Source: the human T2T-CHM13v2.0 reference genome, Homo sapiens. From it: a DNA stretch of 64,000 bases. Positions 45,545-63,122 of the stretch are shown piece by piece. The notes under the pieces are model-generated. The model worked only from the letters and a program-made list of their open reading frames with translations, was not told the origin of the DNA and did not search any database. Where the stretch lies: NCBI RefSeq assembly GCF_009914755.1, contig NC_060925.1, one strand, 5' to 3'. Position numbers and translations under genes: made by a program. Every line of letters begins with the position of its first letter. The stretch's first letter is position 1.

Positions 45545-46720
45545 TCCATTAATTTATTCATTTAACAAATATTTATTAAATCTTTACTACAGATATGGTT
45601 CTGGTTCTTATGCAGCTTACAGTGTAGTGCAGGAAAGGGCACAATTTAAAAGGAATAAAAGTAAAGTGGGATCAGTTGTAAATTGGGCCAGCTTCACAGG
45701 CACTCGGCCAGTACAGTCACACAAGGCCATATGCTCAGAAGAGCCAAGCTCTTGGAGTTTAATATTCTGCAGTCATTGTCTTGAAATGTTTAATACTTTT
45801 ATCTTTAAATCTGTGTTTTATAATTACCATCCAATGAGACAATGGAGCTTGTGTTGGAAGTTTGAAGCTTCAGCTTTCATGCAGTTCTGGCTTTCCCTTC
45901 CTCTCCCACCTCTCCAGGAAGGTTCTTAGCTGCCTGCTCTCTGCATCCTGGTGTCCCAGGCCCTGTCTGGCCTTCCCCTTCCTGCCCCAACCACTGCCAC
46001 CCTCCAAGTAAGTGGCAATAGGTCTCAGTAGCAGAAGGAGGCCTGTCCTCTGCCATTGCCTCCAGAGGGCTCCTGGACATGAGCACAAGGACAGTTGAGT
46101 GGATGCACACCTAATGGCATCTTGAAGGCATGGGGGTGCTGGTGGGAGCAGCGGCAATCCGTGCCTCAGAGGGCAGTGCCCTGGCAAATTCGGTAGGTGA
46201 CTTGGTGGGTGCCTCACATCTACCCTCTAGCAAGCATGTCCCAGAAGGGGGATTGTAATTTCCTGGGGGTGTCTTATCCACTGTGTATGGAGACGGTGGC
46301 CCATGGAAGGGAAGATTGATTTCCCCTGTGACAGTCAGGGCTTGAATTCTTGTTTTGCACAAGGATCTGCAGACAATATAGCAGGCCCTGATTATAAAAC
46401 AGCTGAAGTTAGGGACAGTCTATAAGTACATAACCCAGTAGGGAGTGTGGAGGCCTGGTAGTTTCCCCAGACATTTAATCTGAGACTATATCTAAGAACC
46501 GGTAAGAGTTATCCAGGCAGAAAGGAGGATGAAGAAAGTTCCAGAAAGAAATAACATATGAAGGCCCAGGGTTGAATCGGAGCCCAGAAAGTGTTCCAGG
46601 AACTAAGAGAAGTTGAGTGTGATGGGAATGGAAATGGTGAGCAACATGGAGGCAAATGGCAAGTCACTGTTAGAGCGGAGGTCAGTAGCTCTGCCATACA
46701 ACAAAAGGGCTTGGGACGAT
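45545..46720 (-). mobile_element. L2 relic interrupted by MER45
   Basis: attcatttaacaaatatttatta...cagcttacagtgtagtg; resumes gagttatccaggcag...gttccagaaagaaataacatatgaaggccca. Confidence 0.65.
45683..46390 (+). mobile_element. MER45-family (MER45C-like) hAT-Tip100 element
   Basis: Ends gggccagcttcacaggc...cagtcacacaaggcc...gctcagaag and ...ttttgcac...tagcaggccctg. Degenerate 8-bp TSD gttgtaaa/attataaa. It explains the GC-rich patch. Confidence 0.75.
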
Positions 46721-48235
46721 AGCTGGAGGAGTAGCAAAATTAAAGAGTGTTGTCTCCCAGTGTTTGCTATGTTTAGGATCCATCTTACCTACCCTGTGCC
46801 TGTCGAGTCCATTTTTGACATTTAAATAATGGTTGTTACAGTATTTTCTGTAATATGTCATGTGGCTGGAATGAGCCCGTCATCCTCCCATTGTCGAACT
46901 TGGATCCTGGATCCTTGTCACCTATGAATGTGATGAAAAGTGCCCTTTTTCCTCAGATTTCTGCAAGCTGCATATTTTGAAGAAAAGTGCTCATCATGAA
47001 ATAAAACAATCACAAGTTTATCTTGTGCTTCATCGCCAGCCTCTACTGAGAGAAATACTGTAGTTATTTCACCCAAACTCTCCCTGGGAGATTGTGTTAT
47101 GTAAAAGCTAAGTGAATGGACCTCAAGAGTGTACCAAAAAAATGTCTCCAAGTTGCAACAAAGCATATTTTTCAGAACTGACATAAAGTAGATTTTTTTC
47201 CTTAGTAAGGATTGTTTTTATCACATTGACATTTAGTTTATTAGAGTTAACTTTACAAGACCAGTTCCTAAAGAGCTTGTTACCTAAATCTGTTGCCATT
47301 GTATATAGATAAGATGAGAAAATGCTGAAAAAGTATGGTTTTTCCCTCAAAGATTATTCAAAATAAAATCACATCATCAGTTCTTTACCACCAGGAAGCG
47401 GCATAATTACCTCAGACTTTCAAGGAAACAGGTATGCCCAGCAATTGGTTTAATTTAGGCTTAGAACTGTTTTCTTCATCCAAATTGCTAGTTCATTTTC
47501 TCTATCCTTGATATACTTTTTAATGGAAAAGAATCTATTTCTACTATTGACTTGTAAGAGTATAATTGAAAAATAATTAGCAAGGCTTTTACAAATGAAT
47601 ACAGGGAAGAGAAAAAATATATATATATATATATATTGTATATACTTCAAAAGTAGTTTCCAATAAATGCCACTAGTCTGGTATCCAATAAATGCCACAA
47701 AAAATTGGAAAAGAGAACTAACTTTTGTGGCACTTTTAACATGCACCAGACAAGTTAGATATGATTATTCCAACTTAATATTCACAGCATCCCAATGTTA
47801 CCCAAAAGAAAATGAGACAGAAAGGGTTCAATAAACTTGCCCCATCTCACATGAGATTTACTGATAGAGCCAAGCCTTAAATTCAAGTGTATCATATTGT
47901 AAATTCCTTGTCTCTTCTGTCTCATCTTAAAACATTGAAAACTAAAATGGAGTAGAATTCTGTGATTGAAGTATAATTTGCAATAAGAAAGTCATGTTAT
48001 TTATTTAGTCAATAAGAAAGACTTTAAATCAATGTATTTTTGCCTTTGTGTAATAATTATTTGCTGCATAATGCTTAACTAGCTTTATCAGTATCTATAA
48101 TATGATTTGTTTAAATCATGTCTTTAACTTTTGTTTTAAGTTCAGGGCTACATGTGCAGGTTTGTTACATAGGTAAATTGCATGTCATGGGAGTTTGGTG
48201 TACAGATTATTTCGTCACCCAGGTAATAAGCATAG

Positions 48236-48570
<335 letters not shown>

Positions 48571-48932
48571 TGATACATAGTTTTTTTTATCTTTAATTTT
48601 CTCCCACCTTCCACCCTCAGTAGGCCCCAGTAACTGTTGTTCTCTCCTTTGGGTTCACATGTACTCGTGTTTAGCTCCCACTTACAAGTGAAAACATGTA
48701 GTATTTGGTTTTCTTTTTTTTTTTTTTATTGTACTTTAAGTTTTAGGGTACATGTGCACATTGTGCAGGTTAGTTACATATGTATACATGTGCCATGCTG
48801 GTGCGCTGCACCCACTAACTCGTCATCTAGCATTAGGTATATCTCCCGATGCTATCCCTCCCCCCTCCCCCAACCCCACAACAGTCCCCAGAGTGTGATG
48901 TTCCCCTTCCTGTGTCCATGTGATCTCATTGT

Positions 48933-52784
<3,852 letters not shown>

Positions 52785-52847
52785 TATGATGTTAGCTGTT
52801 TATTTTGCTCATTAGTTGATGCAGTTTCTTCCTAGTCTCCATGGTCT

Positions 52848-53863
52848 TTACATTTTGGCATGATTTTGCAGTGGCTGGTACCGGTTGTTCCTTTCCATGT
52901 TTAGTGCTTCCTTCAGGAGCTCTTGTAAGGCAGGCCTGGTGGTGACAAAATCTCTCAGCATTTGCTTGTCTGTAAAGGATTTTATTTCTCCTTCACTTAT
53001 GAAGCTTAGTTTGGCTGGATATGAAATTCTGGGTTGAAAATTCTTTTCTTTAAGAATGTTGAATATTGGCCCTCACTCTCTTCTGGCTTGTAGGGTTTCT
53101 GCCGAGAGATCCGCTGTTAGTCTGATGGGCTTCCCTTTGAGGGTAACCCGACCTTTCTCTCTGGCTGCCCTTAACATTTTTTCCTTCATTTCAACTTTGG
53201 TGAATCTGACAATTATGTGTCTTGGAGTTGCTCTTCTCAAGGAGTATCTTTGTGGTGTTCTCTGTATTTCCTGAATCTGAACGTTGACCTGCTTTGCTAG
53301 ATTGGGGAAGTTCTCCTGGATAATATCCTGCAGAGTGTTTTCCAACTTGGTTCCATTCTCCCCATCACTTTCAGGTACACCAATCAGACGTAGATTTGGT
53401 CTTTTCACATAGTCCCATATTTCTTGAAGGCTTTGCTCATTTCTTTTTATTCTTTTTTCTCTAGACTTCCCTTCTCACTTCATTTCATTCATTTCATCTT
53501 CCATCGCTGATACCCTTTCTTCCAGTTGATCGCATCGGCTCCTGAGGCTTCTGCATTCTTCACGTAGTTCTCGAGCCTTGGTTTTCGCTCCATCAGCTCC
53601 TTTAAGCACTTCTCTGTATTGGTTATTCTAGTTATACATTCTTCTCAATTTTTTTCAAAGTTTTCAACTTCTTTGCCTTTGGTTTGAATGCCCTCCCGTA
53701 GCTCAGAGTAATTTGATCGTCTGAAGCCTTCTTCTCTCAGCTCGTCAAAGTCATTCTCCATCCAGCTTTGTTCTGTTGCTGGTGAGGAACTGCGTTCCTT
53801 TGGAGGAGGGGAGGCCCTCTGCTTTTTAGAGTTTCCAGTTTTTCTGTTCTGTTTTTTCCCCAT
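52848..53863 (-). pseudogene. ORF1: L1 ORF1 (RNA-binding chaperone), disrupted
   Basis: MGKKQNRKTGNSK...ENFEKN then a TGA at 53645-53647. A later piece KRPNLRLIGVPESDGENG...ETLQARRE ends in another stop. Confidence 0.93.
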
Positions 53864-54773
53864 CTTTGTGGTTTTATCTACTTTTGGTCTTCGATGATGG
53901 TGATGTACAGATGGGTTTTTGGTGTGGATGTCCTTTCTGTTTGTTAGTTTTCCTTCTAACAGAGAGGACCCTCAGCTGCAGGTCTGTTGGAGTACCCTGC
54001 CGTGTGAGGTGTCAGTGTGCCCCTGCTGGGGGGTGCCTCCCAGTTAGGCTGCTCAGGGATCAGGGATCAGGGACCCACTTGAGGAGGCAGTCTGCCCGTT
54101 CTCAGATCTCCAGCTGCGTGCTGGGAGAACCACTGCTCTCTTCAAAGCTGTCAGACAGGGACATTTAAGTCTGCAGAGGTTCCTGCTGTCTTTTTGTTTG
54201 TCTGTGCCCTGCCCCCAGAGGTGGAGCCTACAGAGGCAGGCAGGCCTCCTTGAGCTCTGGTGGGCTCCACCCAGTTCGAGCTTCCTGGCTGCTTTGTTTA
54301 CCTAATCAAGCCTGGGCAATGGCGGGCACCCCTCCCCCCAGCCTCGCTGCCGCCTTGCAGTTTGATCTGAGACTGCTGTGCTGGCAATCAGCGAGAATCC
54401 GTGGGCGTAGGACCCTCCGAGCCAGGTGCGGGATATAATCTCGTGGTGCGCCATTTTTTAAGCCCGTTGGAAAAGTGCAGTATTCGGGTGGGAGTGACCC
54501 GATTTTCCAGGTGCCGTCCGTCAACCCTTTCTTTGACTCAGAAAGGGAACTCCCTGACCCCTTGCGCTTCCCAAGTGAGGCAATGCCTCGCCCTGCTTTG
54601 GCTCGCAGACGGTGCGCGCACCCACTGACCTGCACCCACTGTCTGGCACTCCCTAGTGAGATGAACCCGGTACCTCAGATGGAAATGCAGAAATCACCCG
54701 TCTTCTGTGTCGCTCACGCTGGGAGCTGTAGACCGGAGCTGTTCCTATTTGGCCATCTTGGCTCCTCCCTCTC
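53864..54773 (-). promoter_or_regulatory. L1 5' UTR internal sense promoter and antisense promoter
   Basis: CpG-rich 910-bp UTR with an intact YY1 site caagatggcc (54751-54760) and the short UTR form gggtactccaacagacc. Confidence 0.85.
54319..54628 (+). pseudogene. ORF0: L1 antisense ORF0, frameshifted
   Basis: ATG at 54319 (MAGTPPP...). The rest of ORF0 (GVGPSEPGAGYNLVVR...IRVGVTRFSR) lies in a different frame (ORF 54401-54628). Confidence 0.75.
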
Positions 54774-57700
54774 AGTATTTGGTTTTCTGTTCCCGTGTTA
54801 CTTTGCTTAGGATAATGACCTCCAGCTCCATCCATGTTGCTGCAAATGACATGATCTCATTTTTTATGGCTACATAGCATTCTATAGTGGATATGTACCA
54901 CATTTTCTTTATCAAGTCTACCACCGATGGTCAATTAGGTAGATTTTATGTCTTTGCTATTTGAATAGTGCTGCAATGAATGTATGCATGCATGTGTCTT
55001 TAGGGTAGAAAGATTTATATTCTTTTGTGTATATATCCAATAATGGCATGCTGGGTCAAATGGTAATTCTGTTTTGAATTCCTTAAGAAATCACCAACTG
55101 TTTTCCACAATGTCTGAACTAATTTACATTCTCATCAGTAGTGCATAAACATTCCCTTTTCTTCACTACCTCACCAGCATCTGTTATTTGTTAACTTTTT
55201 AATAATAGCCATTCTGACTGGTGTGAGATGGTATCTCATTGTGGCTTTGATTTGCATTTCTCTAATGATTACTGATGCTGAACATTTTTTCATATGCTTG
55301 TTGGCTGCAGATACGTCTTTTAAAAAGAGGCTGTTCGTGTCCTTAGCCAACTTTTTCATGGGGTTATTTATTGCTTGTTAATTTGTTTAAGTTCCTTATA
55401 GATTCTGGATATTAGATCTTTGTCAGAAGCACAGTTTGCAAAATATCTTCTTCTGTTCTGTAGGTTATCTGTTTACTCTCTTGATAGTTTCTTTTGCTGT
55501 GCAGAAACTGGTTAGTTAAATTAGGTCCTATGTGTCAACTTTTGTTTTTGTTACCATTGCTTTTGGTGTCTTCATCATGAAGTCTTTGCCAGGGCCTATG
55601 TCCAGAATGGCACTTCCTAGGTTATCTTCCAGAGTTTTTATAGTTTTAAGTTTTACATTTAAGTCTTTAATCTATGATGAGTTGACTTTTGTATATGGTA
55701 TAAGGAAGGGATTCCGTTTTAATCTTCTGCATATTGCTAGCCAGTTACGACAGCACCATTTATTAACGAGAAAGTCCTTTGCCCATTGCTTGCTTTTGTC
55801 ACCTTTGAGGAAAATCAGATGGTTGTAGGTGTGTGGCATTATTTCTGGGTACTCTATTCTGTTCTATTAGTCTATATGCCTGTTGTTGTACCAGTACCAT
55901 GTGGTTTTGGTTACTGTAGCTGTGTAGTATGATTTGAAGATGGGTAACTTGATGTCTCCAGCTTTGCTCTTTTTGCTTAGGATTACCTTGGCTACTTGGG
56001 CTCTTTTTTGCTTCCAAGTGAATTTTAAAATAGTTCTTTTCTAATTCTGTGAAGAATGTCATTGGTATTTTGATAAGAATAGCATTGAATCTGTAATTTG
56101 CTTTGGGCAGTATGGCCATTTTAACCATATCGATTCTTCCTAGCCACGAGCATGGAAAGTTTTTCCATTTGCTGTGGCATCTCTGATTTCTTTGAGCAGT
56201 GTTTTGTAATTCTCATTGTAGAACCCTTTCACCTTCCTGGTTAGCTGTATTTTTAGACATTTTATTCTTTTGGTGGCTATTGTGAATAAGATTGCATTCT
56301 TGATTTGGTTGTCAGCTTGGATGTTGTTGGTGTATAGGAATGCTGGCAATTGTTGTACATTGATTTGTATCCTGAAACTTTGCTGAAGTTGTTTATCAGA
56401 TCACGGAACTTTTGGGTAGAGACTATGGGGTTTTCTAGGTATAGAATCATATAACCTGCAAACAGAGATAGTTTGACTTCCTCTCTTCCTATTTAAATGA
56501 CTTTTATCTCTTCCTCTTACCTGGTTTCTCTGGCTAGGACTTCCAATTCTATGTTGGATAGGAGTGGTGCGAGTTTTGTCTTGTGCTAATTTTCAAGGGG
56601 AAAGCTTCCAGCCTTTTCCATTCAGTATGATGTTGGCCACTGGTTTATCATAGATGACACTTACTGTTTTGAGGTATATTCCTTCAATGCCTAGTTTGTT
56701 GAGGGTTTTTTACATGAAGGGATGTTGGATTTTATTGAAAGCCTTTTCTGCATCTATGGAGATGATCATGTGGTTTTTGCTTTTTGTTCTCTTTATGTGA
56801 TGAATCACATCTATTGTTTTGTGTATGATGAACCAACCTTGCATCCCAGTATAAAGCCTACTTTATTGTGATGGATTAGCTTTTCGATGTGTTGCTGGAT
56901 TTGGTTTGCTAGTTTTTGTTGAGGATTTTTGCGTCTATGTTCATCAAAGATACTGGCCTGAAGTTTTCTTTTTTTATTGTGTTTGTGCCAGGTTTTGGAA
57001 ACAGGATGATGCTGGCCTCATAGAATGAGTTAGGAAGGAGTGCCTCCTCCTGAGTTTTTGGAATAGTTTCAGTAAGAATGATACCACCTCTTCTTTATAC
57101 ATTGGGAGAATTCAGCTGTGAATTTGTCTGGTTCTGGACTTTTTCTAGTTGGTATGCTTTTTATTACTGATTCAATTTCAGAACTGATTATTGATCTCTT
57201 TAGGGATTCAATTTCTTCCTGGTTCAATGGAGGTCATATATTTCCAAGAATTTATCCATTTGTTCTAGATTTTCTAGCTTGTGTGCATAGAGGTGTCCAT
57301 AGTAGCCTCTGACTTTTTTTTGTATCTCTGTGGGGTTGGTTACAATATCTCTTTTATCATTTTTTATTGTGTTTATTTGGATCTTTTCTTATTTTTTTCA
57401 TATTAGTTTAACTAATGATCTGTCAGTCTTATTTATTCCGTGCAACAAACAACTCCTGAATTCATTGATCTTTTGTATGTTTTTTCACATCTTGTTTTTT
57501 GAGTTGTTTTTTTTTTTTTTTTTTTTTTTAGTTGTCCTTTGATTTTGGTTATATCTTATCTTCTACTCACTTTGGGGTTGGTTTGCTCTTCTTTCTGTAG
57601 TTCCACTAGGTATGATGTTAGGTTGTAGATTTGAGATTTTTCTAACTTTTACTGTGGGCAGTTAGCACTATAAACTTCTGTCTTAACACTTTCTTAACTG

Positions 57701-60700
57701 TGTCCTAGAGATTTTGTTATCTTGTACCTTTGTTCTCGTTAGTTTCAAAGAATTTCTTCATTTCTGCCTTAATTTCATTGCTAACCCAAAAGTCATTCAA
57801 GAGCAAGTTGTTTACTTCGCACGTAATTCCATAGTTTTGAGCAATTTTCTTAGTGTTGATTTCTATTTTTATTGTGTTGTGATCTGAGAGTGTGGTGAGT
57901 ATAATTTTTTTTGAATTTGCTAAGGATTGTTTTATGGCCAATTGTGGGGTCAATTTTAGAGTATGTGGCCTGTGCAGATGAAAAGAATGTATATTCTGTG
58001 GTTTTAGGTGGAGAGTTTTGTAGATGTCTTTAAGTCCATTTGGTCAAGTGTTGTGTTCAGGTCATAAATATCCTTGTAAGTTTTCTGCCTTGATAATATG
58101 TCTAATACTGTAAGTGGAGTGTTTAAGTCTTCTACTATATTATATGGTTATCTAAGTCTCTTTGTAGGTCTCTAAGAACTTTCTTTAGGAATCTGAGTGC
58201 TCCTATACTGGATGCATATATATTTAGGATAGTTAGGTCTTCTTGCAAATTGAACCCTTTACCATTATGTAATACCCTTTAATTTTTAAAATATCTTTGT
58301 TGGCTTAAAGTCTGTTTGGCTTAAAGCCTCTTTTGTCTGAAATTAGTATACTAATCCTTGCTTTCTTCTGTTTTCCATTTGCTTGGTAGATTTTTCTTCA
58401 TCCCTTTACTTTGAGCCTATGGGTGTCATTGCATGTGAGATGGGGTCTCTTGAAGATAGCATACCATTGGGTCTTGCTTCTTTATCTAACTCACCACTCT
58501 GCCTTTTGATTGGGGCATTTAGCCCATTTATATTCAAGGTTAATATTGATATGTGTAAATTTCATTCCTTCATCATGTTGTTAGTTGGTTACTATGCAGA
58601 CTTAATTGTGTGGTTGCTTTACAGTGTTAATAGTCTATGTACTTAAGTGTGTTTTAAAAGTGGCTGGTAATGGTCTTTCCTTTCCATATTTAGCACTCTG
58701 TTCAGGACCTCTCATAAGGCAGTTCTGGTAGTAATGAATTCCCTTAGCATTTGCTTGTCTGAAAAGGACCTTATTTCTCCTTTATTTATGAAGCTTAGTT
58801 TAGCTGGATATGAAATTCTGGGTAGGAGTTTCTCTTCTTTAGGAATGCTGAATCAAGGCCCTCAATGTCTTCTGGTTTATAGGGCTTTTGCTGAAAGGTC
58901 CATGGTTAGACTGATGGGGTTCCCTTGGAAGGTGTCCTTCCCCTTCTCCCTAGCTGACTTTGGGAATCTGTTTACTATGTGTCTTGGAGATGGTCATCTT
59001 CTGTAGTACCTTGAAGGGGTTCTTTGCATTTCCTGAATTTGAATGTTGCCCTCTCTAGCGAGGTTGGGGAAATTCTCATGGACCATATCCTGAAATATGT
59101 TTCCAAGTTACTTGCTTTCTCTCCTCTTTCATAAGTGCCAATAAGTCATAGATTTGGCCACTTTACATAATCCCGTATTGCTTAGAAATATTGCTTATTC
59201 TTTAATCTTCTTTCTTTATTTTTGTCCAGCTACATTATTTTGGAGAACTGGTCTTCAAGCTCTGACATTCTTTCCCCACCTTGGTCAACCATACCCATGC
59301 AGAACTATGGTAAAGATCACATACCAAAAATCAGAACAATTTCCATTTACTGAATGCTGACCATCATATTATGTTCGACATTCATGAATATCCTCTGTTG
59401 TGGAAAGCAATAGTGCAGTTTGAAAAAAAAATCAATGCTGCTACCTGGGGGAAAGGCAAATGAGATGGACTTGGAAAGGGAAAAGAGAAAGTGAACCCAG
59501 AGGTCCAAGGTCAAAGTATACCCTCCAACAGATCAGAGAAAAGATGAAAATATAGAATGAGTAAGGTTGTGTGAAATTTAATGAAGAAAGAAAGCAAAAT
59601 TGCAGTAGCAATAGTATCACAAGAATAACCCATAAGTGTGAGTGTACCTGCATTCACCCTGAGATGCACACCAAACCCAAACTTCCCTTCTCCCAACTAA
59701 ATAATCACAAGTTCTTTATCTGCCTCAAATTAGATGCTGAAGGATAGAGAAAAAAGCAAAGAAAAGTCTAAAGTTCAAAACATAATGCACAAAACATTTT
59801 ATGACTGCTTACTACTTGCTGTATCCTGGTGATAAATAGAAGCAGTAGAAAGAAAATCACACTAGGAAAAGAGATCTGAGAGTTGAAAGGCAGCTTCCCA
59901 GAATCAAGCCAAGTATATGTTTTCATGTTATTTGTGTTGCATGCTTCCACTTTAAGTCATAGGTACTTGCATGTCAAAGGTACTCTGTAAGCACTAAGTG
60001 AATCAAACAGAATGAAAGGGGAGAGGGAAGATGAGATTCATTTAGAAGAAGAAATAAGAAGGCAATTTACTTTTGCATAGGTGGGAACATAGTTCAGGGC
60101 TCTTTACACTGGCTAAAAAGGAAGAAAAATAATAAAGAGAGAAGGGTTGCCAATCACACAAATGTAAATGTTCAAAGATATATGAGATTTGAGGTGGAAG
60201 ATGTATGATCGCATGTGTGATTTCCTCAGTGACAGGAAATATCAGATTTATGAATATACTATGCTCCATTTTCATCTGTAAGAGGAATTTGAAAAGGAAA
60301 TATTATTTTGGGTCATGACTTGTCTTCTGCATATAATAAAAATAGTTTGAAGACTTTAACTACATAACTAAAAAAAGTATAAAGGAATTTGATGTGTGCT
60401 GGGCAGAAGGTGGGGGGCACAAAAAGTAATATGTGGACACATTTAGTCACAGACAAATCCAAAATATAGGCATGAAAACTGTTTATTAATTCCTTGCTGC
60501 ACGACAGAAGTGGCTTAATAAACTCTTTCCAGACCAAAGCATCTTTATCTGCAAAATGAGAGGATTAAATTAGGTTATCTCTAAGTTCATTTAAAATTGT
60601 TTTAAAACAATCTATGTAGATAAACAGAGTAGCAGTCTGCAATGTATTTAAAAGGAAATGGACTAGTCAAGTTGGCAAGATCTATGTGAAAGAATTATTG

Positions 60701-61044
60701 TTGTGCTATATGAAAAAAAGATTCTGGCTTTTTAAATAAGACGAGTAATGACAAATTAATTTTCATGCAGGTTGAAAATGTGGCAGATGTGTATGGAGAA
60801 TGAGAAAATTCCTGTTATAATAGAGATGACTTAAATTATGAGGATGGTAAAGAAGAGGAAATGTTTTCTGTCCTTTCAAGACATCAAAGCTTAATTGAAC
60901 ATGTTTTTAAAAATGAAAATAAAAATCTCAGTGCAAAGAATACATTTACTTCTCTAGTAGAGACTATTAATTGCAGAATCGCAATACATACGATCTCCTT
61001 CTTCTTTGTTAACCAAGTCTCAATCACATTTGGTTAACAAATAA

Positions 61045-63122
61045 AATACTACACTCCCCGTCATCCCTTGTAGCGAAATGAGCTTATAAGTCTAAGTCCT
61101 GCCCAGTGAGATGTAAGCTTACTATTTTGTGACAGTCTTTCTGGGAAGGCTGCTTAAAGGGAGCCAATAAGTCAAGGAGAAAGGATAATCGTTTATCCTT
61201 CCCCACCTCTTCCTGCTACAACAGAAGGGATGGCTGGAGCTATAGCAGCCAATTTAGACTATAGATAAACTCAAAGAAGGAAGCTCCATGCTAAAAATGG
61301 AATATAGGAAGAAATAGACTGTATCACTGATAATGTCCTGGTGCCACCAGAATGATTTATCTTCAAACTTCTCTTTTAACTGAAAAAAAAAGTAAACTTC
61401 TGTCTTGATTAAGCCACTCTCATTTTCATTATTATTTCCTTCCCTGGTTATACACATTTAAAGCTTATTCCAACTGATTTAGTACTTGGAAGTAAGGTTC
61501 TTCAAGTATCAGAAACTAAAATGTGGCACTAAATATGTAATGGAAGCAGAGCTGCATAGGTGCATAGCAATGACTCAGATAACGAAAGCCGAAAATCTCA
61601 TGATCTTTATAATAAATCTACAAAATATTTACTCAAATCATCACCTGCTACACATTGGAAGCCAACCACATGCTGCCAAAGGCTACATATAGTATTAGGA
61701 GAAATGGTAAAATATTGGTATGGGTTGTCAGAAAAATCCTAGCATGACAAATTCAAGGTGGAACTAACTACCTGGCCAGTCTCAGAGTTGAAACGGAAAG
61801 ACATGCACCTTTGCTAAGGAAGGTACTCTTTGCCTATAACCCACAATCTCAGTTGACTGAGAGTCTGGTAATTTGAAAACATTCATGGTTGAAAAAGCCA
61901 ACTGCCTATACCCCAAATTGAAACAGTTAAAAGAAGTGTCTGAAAATTCTAGCCTTAGCGATAAATATGACTTTTGCCACACCATAAAAAAGTTGTGAGC
62001 CTGCTGGCAAAGATAATGCATTACTTCATATGTTCTCAATGCAGCAGACAGCAAGCTGAAAATTATTTAGATGCGCAGAGCACAGAGGTCTGTAAATAAA
62101 AGACCAGGGTCTTCAAGCTTAATAATTCCATTTACCCAAGGTCATTGGCTGTGTTTATTCACACTTGGAGATGACCAAAAAACAACTACGCTGAAAGTCT
62201 GTCATACTTTTTAGGGTATCTTATTGTCCAAAACTAATCCAGTGGGTCATGAACCCATACTAAAAGGAAGTGGCTTGCTACATATGTGCAGTCCTTAGTG
62301 AAGATATTTTCCTGAATGTCCATTTCAGATGTGGCCACAGAGGACAACAGAAAAGGAAGACCCTCCTGAAGAGCAAATCCAGGGGCCACGAAAGAAAATG
62401 AACAAGAGAATTTTTATTGAAGAGCAGAACCTGGGACTGCCAGATGGACCAACTAAAGAACTCACTTCACAACTAGGGCAGTGAGTCCTCACCATTTCTT
62501 CTCAGCAAGAGTTGGCTGCCATAAAATCAGAGAGGCTATTCTTGCCTTATGGTTAATAAAAGTATCTATAGGTAACTGAACCTTGAGGAACCAAATTGAG
62601 GCCTGATGAAGGAGACTGTACATCATCCAGAGAGAATGAACTTGGAGCAGGATGTAAAGACTGCAGGGGAGAAATCAGGGTTTTTCTGCTGGAGGAAGAA
62701 GCAGAGGGTACATAGACATAAGGTATCCAAAGAAGCCCACTATAGAAGCTGGGACAGATTGCATACTTATTCTCAATTCTTCACTCCTTCCTATGCAGTA
62801 GAGCAGAGAAAATTGAGTATACCTGTGACTTGCTTTGACCAATGGAAAGTTAGAGGGGACAAGGGCACAGGCTTTAAACATGCCCATATGGGACTTCTGT
62901 GCCTACCATGAGAACATGCCCCATAATTGTTAATGCAGGGAGAATGAGGAGATGTGGTGCAGACTCTTAGCCAATCCCAAGAGCTGGGTTCAAGGGTAGC
63001 CAACACTCATCCTAGAGAAGTGTCCCCTCTGACCTGCAGACACATGGCCAAGAAAAATCAATGCATGTTGTTGTAAACCATTGCATTTCAAGGCTGTTTG
63101 TGATGCAGCATCCTGGCTAATA
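61045..63122 (+). mobile_element. Old MaLR (MLT1-type) LTR-internal-LTR remnant
   Basis: LTR-like 61045-61480 (gatggctggagctatagcagcc...taaacttctgtcttgattaagccact...ccaactga), internal-like start cagaaactaaaatgtggc, purine tract near 62690-62708, and a second LTR-like block to ~63122 (gtgacttgctttgaccaatg...gacctgcagacacatg...tgttgttgtaaacc). Confidence 0.5.

Noticed and set aside
45870-46362. GC-rich patch with several 77-115 aa ORFs as an exon or promoter
   Set aside because: It lies inside the MER45-family element and is CpG-poor.
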